This document shows positions 10,083 to 18,378 of a DNA stretch of 61,986 bases, in pieces; position 1 is the stretch's first letter; the number at the start of each line of letters is the position of its first letter. The position numbers and the translations under genes are program-made. Under the pieces are notes generated by a model that made no database searches, was not told where the DNA came from, and saw only the letters and a program-made list of their open reading frames with translations. The DNA is from Candidatus Jorgensenbacteria bacterium GW2011_GWA1_48_11 (GTDB taxonomy: Bacteria; Patescibacteriota; Minisyncoccia; UBA6257; GWB1-50-10). Location: NCBI GenBank assembly GCA_001003475.1, contig LCPF01000002.1, positions 2,190 to 64,175 on the forward strand, in the 5' to 3' direction.

Positions 10083-10511
10083 CTAGCTGGCGAAGAATAT
10101 TATAAGCGAGATGGCGGCTAAGGCGATGTAAGGGACGACAAGATGGAGCGTGGACATGTGGCGAAAAGCGTCTTTGAGGTCGTGGATCGGCAGTTTGGGA
10201 GCGATATCGTTTTCATTGAGCGCCTTATTGAGGAAGACTTTTTCGAGCATTTTTGAAACTTCTTCGCGCCTTTTCCGGTAGTTCATCCGGAAGGTTTTAT
10301 TAATGCCGTCGAAGAACCAGAAGACGACCATAATGACGGCGCTAAGGAGAAAAACCTCCTTGTTTTTTGACTGGAGCGCCCAGCCCGAACTGGCGACCCA
10401 AAGGGTAACGGCCCAGGTTTTTATCGTCGTCGACATCTGGTCGTACTTATCGACTTCTTGCTGGGTGAGTATGAGCTCGGTTTTGAGTATTTCGAATCGG
10501 TGCTGTTCCAT
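10083..10511 (-). CDS. Hypothetical membrane protein (IKTWAVTLW...FWFFD)
   Basis: 142 aa, 3 TM-like segments; TAGAAT 6 nt upstream of ATG. Confidence 0.65.
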   Translation of the reverse strand: MEQHRFEILKTELILTQQEVDKYDQMSTTIKTWAVTLWVASSGWALQSKNKEVFLLSAVIMVVFWFFDGINKTFRMNYRKRREEVSKMLEKVFLNKALNENDIAPKLPIHDLKDAFRHMSTLHLVVPYIALAAISLIIFFAS

Positions 10512-10531
10512 ACGTTTATTCTAGCACTTCG

Positions 10532-10559
10532 GTTCCCTGCCTGCCGGCCGGCAGGGAAT
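10532..10559. repeat. GC-rich palindrome (CCTGCCTGCCGGCCGGCAGG core) in a divergent intergenic region
   Basis: GTTCCCTGCC...GGCAGGGAAT arms. Confidence 0.6.
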
Positions 10560-10640
10560 CCCGGACAGATAAGGCGTTCCATTGACCTCCCCGGCCTTGG
10601 CACGTTGCTTTAGGCATTAATGCTTTGATAACATTAATCA

Positions 10641-12479
10641 ATGTGCGGCATAGTAGGTTATGCGGGTAAGGAAAAAACAGTCCCCACCTTGATTGATGGC
10701 TTGAAGCGGCTGGAATATCGCGGCTATGATTCCGCCGGTATTGCGGTTATTTCGGAAAACAACCTGGTGGTTAAAAAAGCCGCCGGGAAAGTGAGCGATT
10801 TGGAAGCCATGACCCGGAATTTGACCGGTATCAAGAGCGCCGTTGGGATCGCTCATACGCGCTGGGCAACGCACGGGGAGCCGAACGAGGTCAACGCCCA
10901 TCCTCACGTTGATTGTACGGGCCGGATCGGGATCGTGCACAACGGCATAATCGAGAATTATAAGGCCCTAAAAACTTATCTTGAAGACCGCGGGCATCGG
11001 TTTGTTTCAAAGACCGACACGGAAGTCATTGCCCATTTGATCGAGGAATTTATGAAGAAAGAAGGGGCGACGTTCATGGACGCTTTCATCGAGACCGCCC
11101 AGGCCATCAAGGGAAGTTACGCCATTGCGGCGGTTTCTCTTTCCGATCCCGGCACCATATACGCCACGCATCTCTCAAGCCCCCTCGTCATCGGGCAGGG
11201 CAACGGCGAGAATTTCATCGCTTCGGACGCCTCGCCTTTTTTGGGCAGGGCGAGCAAAATAATTTACCTTCCGGAAAACGAGATCGCGGTCGTGGCCGCG
11301 GCCGGAATAAAAACGTTCGATTTGGATAAGCGCAAGAAAGACCCGGTATTCGAAAAATTCGAAGGAACGCTCGAGAGCATTCAGAAAGGCAATTTTCCGC
11401 ATTTCATGCTGAAGGAAATATACGAACAGCCCGAAAGAATAGAAGATGCCTTTCGGGGGCGATTGCTTCTTCAGGAAGGCAACGCTTTTTTGGGCGGCCT
11501 TTCGCCGGTGTGGGATAAGCTCCTTAAAGCGAAGCGTTTCGTCATAAGCGCCTGCGGTACTTCCTGGCATGCGGCGCTCGTGGGGAAATATATGTTCGAA
11601 GAGATCGCGCGGGTGCCGACCGAGGTCGATTACGCTTCCGAGCTGCGCTATCGAAATCCCATCCTCGGCCCGGACGACGTCGTTTTCGTGATAAGTCAGA
11701 GCGGCGAGACGGCGGATACGCTCGCGACTCTCCGCGAGGCAAAAAAGAGGGGAGCGACAGTGCTCGGTATTGTGAACGTGGTGGGGAGCACGATCGCCCG
11801 CGAAGCCGGGGTCGGGGTCTATATTCATGCCGGGCCGGAGATCGGGGTAGCCTCCACCAAAACTTTCACTTCCCAGCTGGCGGTACTCACGCTCATCACC
11901 CTCGCCATTGGCCGCGGGAAGGGAATGTCCAAAGAAAAAGGTAAGTTCATTGCGTCCGAAATCAATTCGCTTCCCGAAAAAGCAAGGCGGGCGCTCGGCA
12001 CCGAGAATCTCGTGAGGGAAATCGCCCGCACGTTCAAAGACAGTAGAAATTTCCTGTATCTCGGCCGGGGAGCTAATTTTCCGACCGCCTTGGAGGGCGC
12101 TTTGAAACTGAAGGAAATTTCTTATATCCACGCGGAAGGGTATCCCGTCGCCGAAATGAAGCACGGTCCCATTGCGCTCATTGACGAAAACATGCCGGTT
12201 GTCTTCGTAGTTCCCAAGGACGGAATCTACGAGAAAGTTTTGAGCAATATGGAAGAGGTGAAGGCGCGGAAGGGGAGGATAATCGCTATTGCCAATGAAG
12301 ACGACGAGTACATTGATTCGCTCGCGGATTTCGTGATCCGGGTGCCGAGGACGCTGGGCTGGCTCGGCCCCATCGTGAACGTCATTCCTCTCCAGCTTCT
12401 GGCTTACCACATCGCCTTGGAGCTTGGCCGCCTGATTGACCAGCCCCGCAATTTGGCGAAATCGGTGACAGTAGAATAA
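10641..12479 (+). CDS. glmS: Glutamine-fructose-6-phosphate aminotransferase
   Basis: MCGIVGY, LEYRGYDSAG, HTRWATHG, SQSGETADT, PRNLAKSVTVE. Confidence 0.98.
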   Translation: MCGIVGYAGKEKTVPTLIDGLKRLEYRGYDSAGIAVISENNLVVKKAAGKVSDLEAMTRNLTGIKSAVGIAHTRWATHGEPNEVNAHPHVDCTGRIGIVHNGIIENYKALKTYLEDRGHRFVSKTDTEVIAHLIEEFMKKEGATFMDAFIETAQAIKGSYAIAAVSLSDPGTIYATHLSSPLVIGQGNGENFIASDASPFLGRASKIIYLPENEIAVVAAAGIKTFDLDKRKKDPVFEKFEGTLESIQKGNFPHFMLKEIYEQPERIEDAFRGRLLLQEGNAFLGGLSPVWDKLLKAKRFVISACGTSWHAALVGKYMFEEIARVPTEVDYASELRYRNPILGPDDVVFVISQSGETADTLATLREAKKRGATVLGIVNVVGSTIAREAGVGVYIHAGPEIGVASTKTFTSQLAVLTLITLAIGRGKGMSKEKGKFIASEINSLPEKARRALGTENLVREIARTFKDSRNFLYLGRGANFPTALEGALKLKEISYIHAEGYPVAEMKHGPIALIDENMPVVFVVPKDGIYEKVLSNMEEVKARKGRIIAIANEDDEYIDSLADFVIRVPRTLGWLGPIVNVIPLQLLAYHIALELGRLIDQPRNLAKSVTVE

Positions 12480-12509
12480 GGATCAAAAAATTGCGATGGC
12501 GGACGGCTT

Positions 12510-13328
12510 TTAAAAAAGCGTTGATGGTTCTGTCTTTGCGTATGTCGGCCGCTCGGCAACCTCGGCGGTTTTATCCAGAATAACGCCATACGGCCCGTGG
12601 TCCGACCCCAATGTCTCTCTTTGCGTGAAAGCGTCTTCAATGAGAGGTCCAAGCGATTTAGTCACGAATAAATAATCTATCCTCCAGCCGATATCCCGCT
12701 CGCGCAGATCTCTCATGTAGGGCCACCAGGTATACGTTTTCTTTTCGGGGTATTTATGTCTGAATGTGTCGATATATCCCAAGCTCAAAAGCGTCGAAAT
12801 CTGCTTTCTTTCCTCCGGCGTAAACATCGTATTATTTTCATTCTGCTTCGGGTAATAGAGATCGAGTTCTGTGTGGGCGATGTTGAAATCCCCGGCGAGG
12901 ATCGTGTTTTTATCCGCAAGTGATTTGAAAATCGGGAAAAGTTTTTTGTAAACTTCCAATTTATACTTCATGTCGGTTTTGTCCCTGCCGCCATTCGGAA
13001 TATAAAAGTTGAACAAAATAAAATCCTTGAAATTCAATTTAAGGCAGCGTCCTTCGTCATCGAATCGTTCGATCCCCAGTTTCGTTTCCACTGAGACGGG
13101 TTTTATTTTCGTATAGACCGCCACCCCCGAATGCCCTTTCTTCAAAGATGATGAGTTGAAATAGGCGTAGTAGCCGTCAATCCGGGAGAACTCCTCGGAT
13201 AATTCTTTGGCATCCGCTTTTATTTCCTGAATGCAGACTATGTCGGGGTCGTTCACGGCAAGCCAATCACGAAATGTGGTTCTAAAAACAGATCGGATTC
13301 CATTCACGTTCCACGTGAAAATTTTCAT
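12510..13328 (-). CDS. xth: Exodeoxyribonuclease III / AP endonuclease
   Basis: WNVNGIRS, QEIK, GDFNIAH, GWRIDY, SDH. Confidence 0.95.
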   Translation of the reverse strand: MKIFTWNVNGIRSVFRTTFRDWLAVNDPDIVCIQEIKADAKELSEEFSRIDGYYAYFNSSSLKKGHSGVAVYTKIKPVSVETKLGIERFDDEGRCLKLNFKDFILFNFYIPNGGRDKTDMKYKLEVYKKLFPIFKSLADKNTILAGDFNIAHTELDLYYPKQNENNTMFTPEERKQISTLLSLGYIDTFRHKYPEKKTYTWWPYMRDLRERDIGWRIDYLFVTKSLGPLIEDAFTQRETLGSDHGPYGVILDKTAEVAERPTYAKTEPSTLF

Positions 13329-13478
13329 AGAATGATTTTATTGGTCGGTTTGAATTCCAGGTTAGTCAGTTTCTTCTCTATTTCCTGGAAAGATTGCGTA
13401 TGGCCACCTTAAGCTTAAAAAGCATCTTTTGCCATAATAGCCGGAGTATATATCTGTATTTTTTAAAATCCCCGAGTC

Positions 13479-15224
13479 TCATAGATATTCTGCCTTATAG
13501 CAGTCTAGGCAGTAAATAATTTCCGGTTTCTTTGGAGAGAATGTCGTTTCAAACTCATTGGGGCAGGGCGTGTCTTTGTGGAAATGATTCTTTTGATTGC
13601 ACATACAGTTTCGATGCCATAACGTGAAGTTATTGCGCCATTTACGGCGCTCCGCGTTCCGGCAGTTCGGGCAGATGCGAGGTAATGCAATATTCATCCT
13701 TCGGTAGAAATTCAGTTCGTTCGGGGTGATGCGGAAAGCAGTCGTGCATTGTTCGTTGCAGGTGCCGCTATGCTCACAGCCGATTACTTCCTCCGTAATT
13801 GAATTTTTAGCGTCGCTTATGTGATCCGGCAGGTCTTTAGGCAGGATGGTTATTTGGTATTGCCGTTTTTGCGGTTCCCGCCACTGCCACCCCTCGGTCA
13901 ACACCTCTTCTTTTGTTTTCGGATACAAAGAGAATGCGAAAGACTCGTTATACGCGTATGCGGAAAGATCTGGCGGAAAAAACTCTCCGAAGTTATAAAT
14001 CCTTCCTCTCGTGTCGGTATAAGGCATCTCGTTCATGTGCCGCTTGATTTTGGAAATCAGCGTTTCGTATTCTTCCTTCGCATATTGTTTATTCAAAACG
14101 CAGTACTGCTTGTTTTTCAAGGAAATGCATCCAAACAAATATGAAGAATTGTTGGCCCAATCCGAATACCAGGTTTCGCGGCAATTATTGCCTCCCACAG
14201 AAAAGAAGCATCGGATAGCGTGGCCGATAACGCCGTAAATTTCATAAAGAAGTTCCGACGAATCTCCGCCAGCGCTTACGTCCCAGCTATCTTTGAGATT
14301 CAAACCGCCGGAATAAATATATTTGCAATGCTGTACTCCATCGAGGGTTGAAAAACAGACCTTACAATCTTTAGTATCCCGTATGATGTCCCCGGTCACG
14401 TTTTGGCTGTTAACCACATGGGCGAACCTATGCGGCAGCGAAAGATAGAGCGAGTGGAATTTTTCTTTCGCTTCCTGCAACTTTGCGTAGCTGCCCAAAT
14501 CCCAGTATTTTACCCGCTCAAAATATTTTTCTTTTGGAAGCTTCTCGTTCCAAAGACAATATTTTTGCTTTCTTAGGTTGATGCAACCAAAACAGTCCGA
14601 ACAACCCATGCAGTCGTAAATAAACGAGGAATCCAAACAATCATCGGAAAAATATCCCGACCGCACTTTATAAAGGCGGTCGCAATGAAGCGAATCGTAA
14701 ACTTGTTCGGAGTTATCTACTGTGTAGCAGTCATAAGAGTCTTTGGAAAAGAGCAGGCTATGGCAGTTTTCTGCGTTTTCGGAAAAATAGCTCCAAAATA
14801 CGTAGTAGCAGTTCTTGACGCTCTCGCAGGATTGGGTAAATTCGCTGTTCACGAGATTGTTTCCCGTGAGTGCTGGTCGCGGCACGGCTTCCATTAACTC
14901 GCGATATTGCAGGAAGAACGGCTTATTAAAGTCGTAGGCTCGTCCGTACGTGAGCGGATCCCACTTATCAGATTTGTAACATTCCCGGCAATAAACTATA
15001 AATGGTCCATCGGGAGCGTGAATGGTAATGATAGCTTTGCCGCACAGCTTGCATGTGTCCTTATAGAGCGCTCTTTCTTCTCTCCATAACATCCGCCGCA
15101 GGTTGCGGCAATCCGGGCACCAAGTCGGGGGAGGAACTTGTATTTTTGAGTAGAAATCAAAGTCCTCCGAATCGATTCCGAATTGATTTTTGCAATTCTG
15201 GCAGACTCTTGTTTCTGGACTCAT
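13479..15224 (-). CDS. Cys-rich ~580-aa hypothetical protein, paralog 1 (N- and C-terminal zinc-ribbon motifs)
   Basis: CQNC..PPPTWCPDCR, WDP..YGRxYDF, CFGCI.L..KQYC repeats, CPNC, YCLDCY. Confidence 0.85.
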   Translation of the reverse strand: MSPETRVCQNCKNQFGIDSEDFDFYSKIQVPPPTWCPDCRNLRRMLWREERALYKDTCKLCGKAIITIHAPDGPFIVYCRECYKSDKWDPLTYGRAYDFNKPFFLQYRELMEAVPRPALTGNNLVNSEFTQSCESVKNCYYVFWSYFSENAENCHSLLFSKDSYDCYTVDNSEQVYDSLHCDRLYKVRSGYFSDDCLDSSFIYDCMGCSDCFGCINLRKQKYCLWNEKLPKEKYFERVKYWDLGSYAKLQEAKEKFHSLYLSLPHRFAHVVNSQNVTGDIIRDTKDCKVCFSTLDGVQHCKYIYSGGLNLKDSWDVSAGGDSSELLYEIYGVIGHAIRCFFSVGGNNCRETWYSDWANNSSYLFGCISLKNKQYCVLNKQYAKEEYETLISKIKRHMNEMPYTDTRGRIYNFGEFFPPDLSAYAYNESFAFSLYPKTKEEVLTEGWQWREPQKRQYQITILPKDLPDHISDAKNSITEEVIGCEHSGTCNEQCTTAFRITPNELNFYRRMNIALPRICPNCRNAERRKWRNNFTLWHRNCMCNQKNHFHKDTPCPNEFETTFSPKKPEIIYCLDCYKAEYL

Positions 15225-15256
15225 TTCTTGATTTTACTACAAAACTTTAATGTTGG

Positions 15257-15988
15257 TTATGTTTCTATAATTGCAGTAATGGGTAGATGATCGGAAGCCT
15301 TCGAGTTGATGGCTTCAAATGACCGTGGTTTTAAATCTTTAGTTGTAAAAATATAATCGAATTTGTATTGTACGCTCGATGGCAAACAAATATCGCAACC
15401 ATCGGAATAGACGCCCCAGGTAGGCGTGGTAATGTCTTTTTCGGCGTCCTCGAGGACGTCTTTTATTTTTTCAACCGCATACGTTCCCGGAACGCCGTTG
15501 AAGTCGCCCATGACAATCGTTTTCTCGGAGGGCAGGACCTTTAAAAGGTTGTTTATTTGTTCTTTTTGGAGGATTTGGCTTTCGGGAGTGGCATTCCGAA
15601 CATGGCAATGCCTCAGATGAATGCTAAAGGCGTGTAAAACCGAATTTCCGATTTGTATATCTGCCTGGACGGCGGTACGTCGTGTAAGTTGGTGAATATC
15701 GCTTTTGATGATTTTATGCCTGGAAAGAATTGCGTTCCCGAACATGACGGTTTCTTCTTTTTCGCGTATAGGGCCAGTAAACTTCGAAGAAACCTTCATG
15801 CTTAGGTTGTAGATCGGCGGTTCGTATCCCAGCGTATGGGCGATGGTCAGCGCCGTATTGCCTTCAGTTCCGTCTTTGATGACTTCTTGTAAAGCAATGA
15901 TGTCCGCCTCCGCATTCTTCAAGAGAGCCAGTACGCTTTCCATGTGTCGGCCGCCCCACACGTTCCAAGAAAGAATTTTAAGTTTCAT
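15257..15988 (-). CDS. Endonuclease/exonuclease/phosphatase (EEP) family protein
   Basis: ILSWNV, ALQEV, GNAILS, MGDFN, DYIF, SDHLP; start taken at MKLKIL. Confidence 0.88.
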   Translation of the reverse strand: MKLKILSWNVWGGRHMESVLALLKNAEADIIALQEVIKDGTEGNTALTIAHTLGYEPPIYNLSMKVSSKFTGPIREKEETVMFGNAILSRHKIIKSDIHQLTRRTAVQADIQIGNSVLHAFSIHLRHCHVRNATPESQILQKEQINNLLKVLPSEKTIVMGDFNGVPGTYAVEKIKDVLEDAEKDITTPTWGVYSDGCDICLPSSVQYKFDYIFTTKDLKPRSFEAINSKASDHLPITAIIET

Positions 15989-15989
15989 G

Positions 15990-16379
15990 TTAGGGTTTAT
16001 TTTTCCAAAAGCGTATCCAGCCTGCATTTTTCCACAATTCCAGTTCCGGCGAGTAGGGGAGATTTTTTGGCAACTGGTTCAGGCAGTAGATTTTTATATT
16101 TTTTCGTAATGCCAGGTTGAGACCGATGGCGAAAGCTATTTCGGCAAAGACGCTGGGGCCGATGTAATTTTTTATCCCGCGCTTTTCGAGGTTGAGGACA
16201 AATACAATATCGCTTTCCGTTATCTTTTGGTAGTGACGCTTGTGGCCTTTCGCGTAATTCTTGAGAGTTTTAGGAAATTGGATCACGCGATAGCCTCGGC
16301 GTTCGAGTTTGGATTTCCAGGCGTTTATTTCCTCGGCCAAAGAAGCGCTGGCGCAAATCGTTATCTTTTTGCTAATCAT
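15990..16379 (-). CDS. Hypothetical protein, nucleoside 2-deoxyribosyltransferase-like fold
   Basis: ITICAS...SDIVFVLN...YIGPSVFAEIAFA pattern. Confidence 0.55.
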   Translation of the reverse strand: MISKKITICASASLAEEINAWKSKLERRGYRVIQFPKTLKNYAKGHKRHYQKITESDIVFVLNLEKRGIKNYIGPSVFAEIAFAIGLNLALRKNIKIYCLNQLPKNLPYSPELELWKNAGWIRFWKNKP

Positions 16380-16418
16380 CTTATATTTGTTTTATATCGA
16401 TTCGTCCCAGACCGCTAT

Positions 16419-16988
16419 TTATTTTAGGAGGGCGTTTAAAAGCTCCGGAAATCTGTCCGTTTTCATGTCATCGAAGGTAAAATGGCCGCGGTTCGCGAAT
16501 TCTTTTATTTTTAAGTGTCCCTTGAGCGTGTTTTTCAATTTCTTGGCGCTTTCCACTATATCGCGATAATCGTTTTTGGAGACGAAGATCGTTAAACCGC
16601 CGGTTCTTTTGATCAAATCGGGGTCTATTCTGAAATTGAAAAAGCTCATTTTTGAAGTGCGGTCGGGGTCGATCCAGGGCGCAACAAGGGCTACTTTTCC
16701 GACTTTCGTCTTGTGTTCGCTAAGCCACCTTACGAGAAATCCCGCGCCGCAGCTGTGGCCTATAAGCATGGTGTTTTTGTCTATTTTGAATTGCTCGAAA
16801 ACCGATTGCCATTTTTCATAGTTCGGCTTGTACGGTTCCGGCAATTCCGGCGCTTGGGCAAGAATTCCTTTTAGGATGAGTTGTTTTTGCAGCCAGGGAA
16901 GCCAATGCTTGTTCGATTCAGCCGGCACCCTGGAACTGAAGTAGTCTTTTTTGGAAGGCTTCCCGTGGAGGATAATGGCGGTTTTCAT
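16419..16988 (-). CDS. Alpha/beta hydrolase, RBBP9/YdeN family
   Basis: IILHG, HWLPWL, GHSCG nucleophile motif, LVAP, GHF. Confidence 0.88.
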   Translation of the reverse strand: MKTAIILHGKPSKKDYFSSRVPAESNKHWLPWLQKQLILKGILAQAPELPEPYKPNYEKWQSVFEQFKIDKNTMLIGHSCGAGFLVRWLSEHKTKVGKVALVAPWIDPDRTSKMSFFNFRIDPDLIKRTGGLTIFVSKNDYRDIVESAKKLKNTLKGHLKIKEFANRGHFTFDDMKTDRFPELLNALLK

Positions 16989-17045
16989 ATTTATTTTCAA
17001 TAAGTATAGCGGTTCTTTGGAGCGGTTTCTATCGAAGAAACGGCT

Positions 17046-17774
17046 CTATGGAATGCTGTCGATGTTCTTGCTGATGTTGGAAACCTTTCTTTTTTGGTGA
17101 AAATCGATGGCAAGAAGGATGATTATCCAGACGCCGATTATCACATAGAAAACGGCCCCGCCCGACGAGCCGGGACTGCCTGCGACCGCGAGCGCGTAAT
17201 CCTTGAAGAGATAGACGAGGATTCCGGCGATTGCGTCCCAGATTATCGTGGAAAAGAGAGCGGCGAAAAAGAAAGTTTTAAAAGCCATTCGCATGATTCC
17301 GGCGGCGGTGTCGGTAAGGGCGGCCGCGCTCGGGAGCCAGTAGCTAAGGAAAATAGCGAGAACACCCCGTTTCGTGACCTTTTCGCGCTCGTTCTCGATC
17401 GCTCCTTTGAGCCCGAACCGGACCAGCAACCGATACCAGCCGTATTTCCCAAGGGCATAGTTGATGAGATGTGCGATGAAGAGCCCGACAGTGGCGACAG
17501 ACACCACAATTGCCGCTTCAAACGGCGATTTTGTCAGGATGACGCTGAGGAAGATCACGAAGATGCCGGGGAAATATCCTCCCACGAGGAGCATGCCTTC
17601 GACGACAGCGCTTATGAGCAGGGCCGGGAGGCCGTAGCGCGCGAACCACTGCCTGGCGATTTCTTCAAGTTCATTTGTCGGCGGCAAATTGAAAACATCC
17701 CAAATTATCCAGAGGGACCACGAGAGCAATAAAAGCAGAAGCGGGACAGAGAGTAATTTAAGGTAATGTTTCAT
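17046..17774 (-). CDS. DedA/VTT-domain membrane protein
   Basis: VEG..YFPG, INYALGKYG, AAGIMRM motifs. Confidence 0.75.
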   Translation of the reverse strand: MKHYLKLLSVPLLLLLLSWSLWIIWDVFNLPPTNELEEIARQWFARYGLPALLISAVVEGMLLVGGYFPGIFVIFLSVILTKSPFEAAIVVSVATVGLFIAHLINYALGKYGWYRLLVRFGLKGAIENEREKVTKRGVLAIFLSYWLPSAAALTDTAAGIMRMAFKTFFFAALFSTIIWDAIAGILVYLFKDYALAVAGSPGSSGGAVFYVIIGVWIIILLAIDFHQKRKVSNISKNIDSIP

Positions 17775-17852
17775 GGGCGAAGCCGAACGATGTTGTAACT
17801 TGTTGGGAGGGAAGGAATCGAACTTTCATTCACAGCTTCAAAGGCTGGTGTC

Positions 17853-17910
17853 TCCCTAGGCATCGTTTTACGATGCCGGGACCCCGGTCATCTCAGTGAT
17901 GACTTAGGGG
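17853..17910 (-). mobile_element. 58-bp non-autonomous double-hairpin element in tRNA D-loop
   Basis: CCCC-TA-AGTCATC-ACTGA-GATGACC-GGGG-TCCC-GGCATCGT-AAA-ACGATGCC-TA-GGGA. Confidence 0.7.
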
Positions 17911-17916
17911 CTATCC

Positions 17917-18264
17917 CTAGGTATTTTTATGCTTTTTGCCATCCAAAGCTGCGGGACTTGGATTCGAACCAAGATACCCAGCTCCAAAGGCTGGTGTCCT
18001 ACCATTAGACGATCCCGCAGCTTTGGATACCAATTTCTTTTTAAGTTTACCACCCCACGGGGTGTATTTTAAAGTCCATTCTTTCTTCCTAGCTTCCGAT
18101 AAGGATTTGAATGATTCGTTGTAGACTAAAGTCAACGGTCTGCGATTTTTTGTGCTTTGCATTTTGCCTGCGTTGTGCGTTTCAACCCTCTTGTTTAAAT
18201 CATCGCAGGTGCCAACATATAACTTGCCGTCCTTATCGCTTTTTAATATATACAAATACGGCAT
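17917..18264 (-). CDS. Small GIY-YIG nuclease (115 aa) whose C-terminus is translated through the tRNA
   Basis: YLYILKS..LYVG..NKR..HN..ST..RRPLTLVY.E...ARKKE; start taken at MPYLY. Confidence 0.9.
   Translation of the reverse strand: MPYLYILKSDKDGKLYVGTCDDLNKRVETHNAGKMQSTKNRRPLTLVYNESFKSLSEARKKEWTLKYTPWGGKLKKKLVSKAAGSSNGRTPAFGAGYLGSNPSPAALDGKKHKNT
17949..18019 (-). tRNA. tRNA-Gln(UUG), intact cloverleaf, CCA not encoded
   Basis: TGCGGGA acceptor, GTCTAATGGTAGGAC D-arm, CCAGC-CTTTGGA-GCTGG anticodon arm, CTTGG-TTCGAAT-CCAAG T-arm. Confidence 0.93.
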
Positions 18265-18378
18265 AAAAATACCGGGACCCCGGTCGCTTTGCGACCTAGG
18301 GGCCGTTAGACGACCCGGCAAAACGTTTTTTAACGTCAAATCTTAATCGAATCGCACAATATAGTATATAATTAGAAC

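Larger units (their letters stand above)
17914..18302 (-). mobile_element. 389-bp double-hairpin element carrying GIY-YIG ORF and intact tRNA-Gln
   Basis: CCCC-TA-GGTCGC-AAA-GCGACC-GGGG-TCCC-GGTATTTTTATGC ... GCATAAAAATACC-TA-GGGA. Confidence 0.7.
17803..18320 (-). pseudogene. Interrupted tRNA-Gln(UUG): 5' part 18303-18320, TAG 17911-17913, degenerate 3' part 17803-17852
   Basis: Removing the two insertions yields TGCCGGGTCGTCTAACGG-TAG-GACACCAGCCTTTGAAGCTGTGAATGAAAGTTCGATTCCTTCCCTCCCAA; mismatches in acceptor, anticodon and T stems. Confidence 0.75.

Noticed and set aside
10512-10640. glmS ribozyme upstream of glmS
   Set aside because: The conserved AGCGCC...GACGAGG core is not present; only a GC palindrome is seen.
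11175-12410. 411-aa antisense ORF (also 19679-21079 and many similar)
   Set aside because: Shadow frames opposite well-supported genes (glmS, pilC); no motifs.
17853-18302. Group I/II intron or archaeal bulge-helix-bulge intron in the tRNA
   Set aside because: Too short and lacks P7/domain V cores; the bulges are 2 nt and internal rather than a 3-4-3 motif at the exon junctions; the reconstituted tRNA is degenerate.
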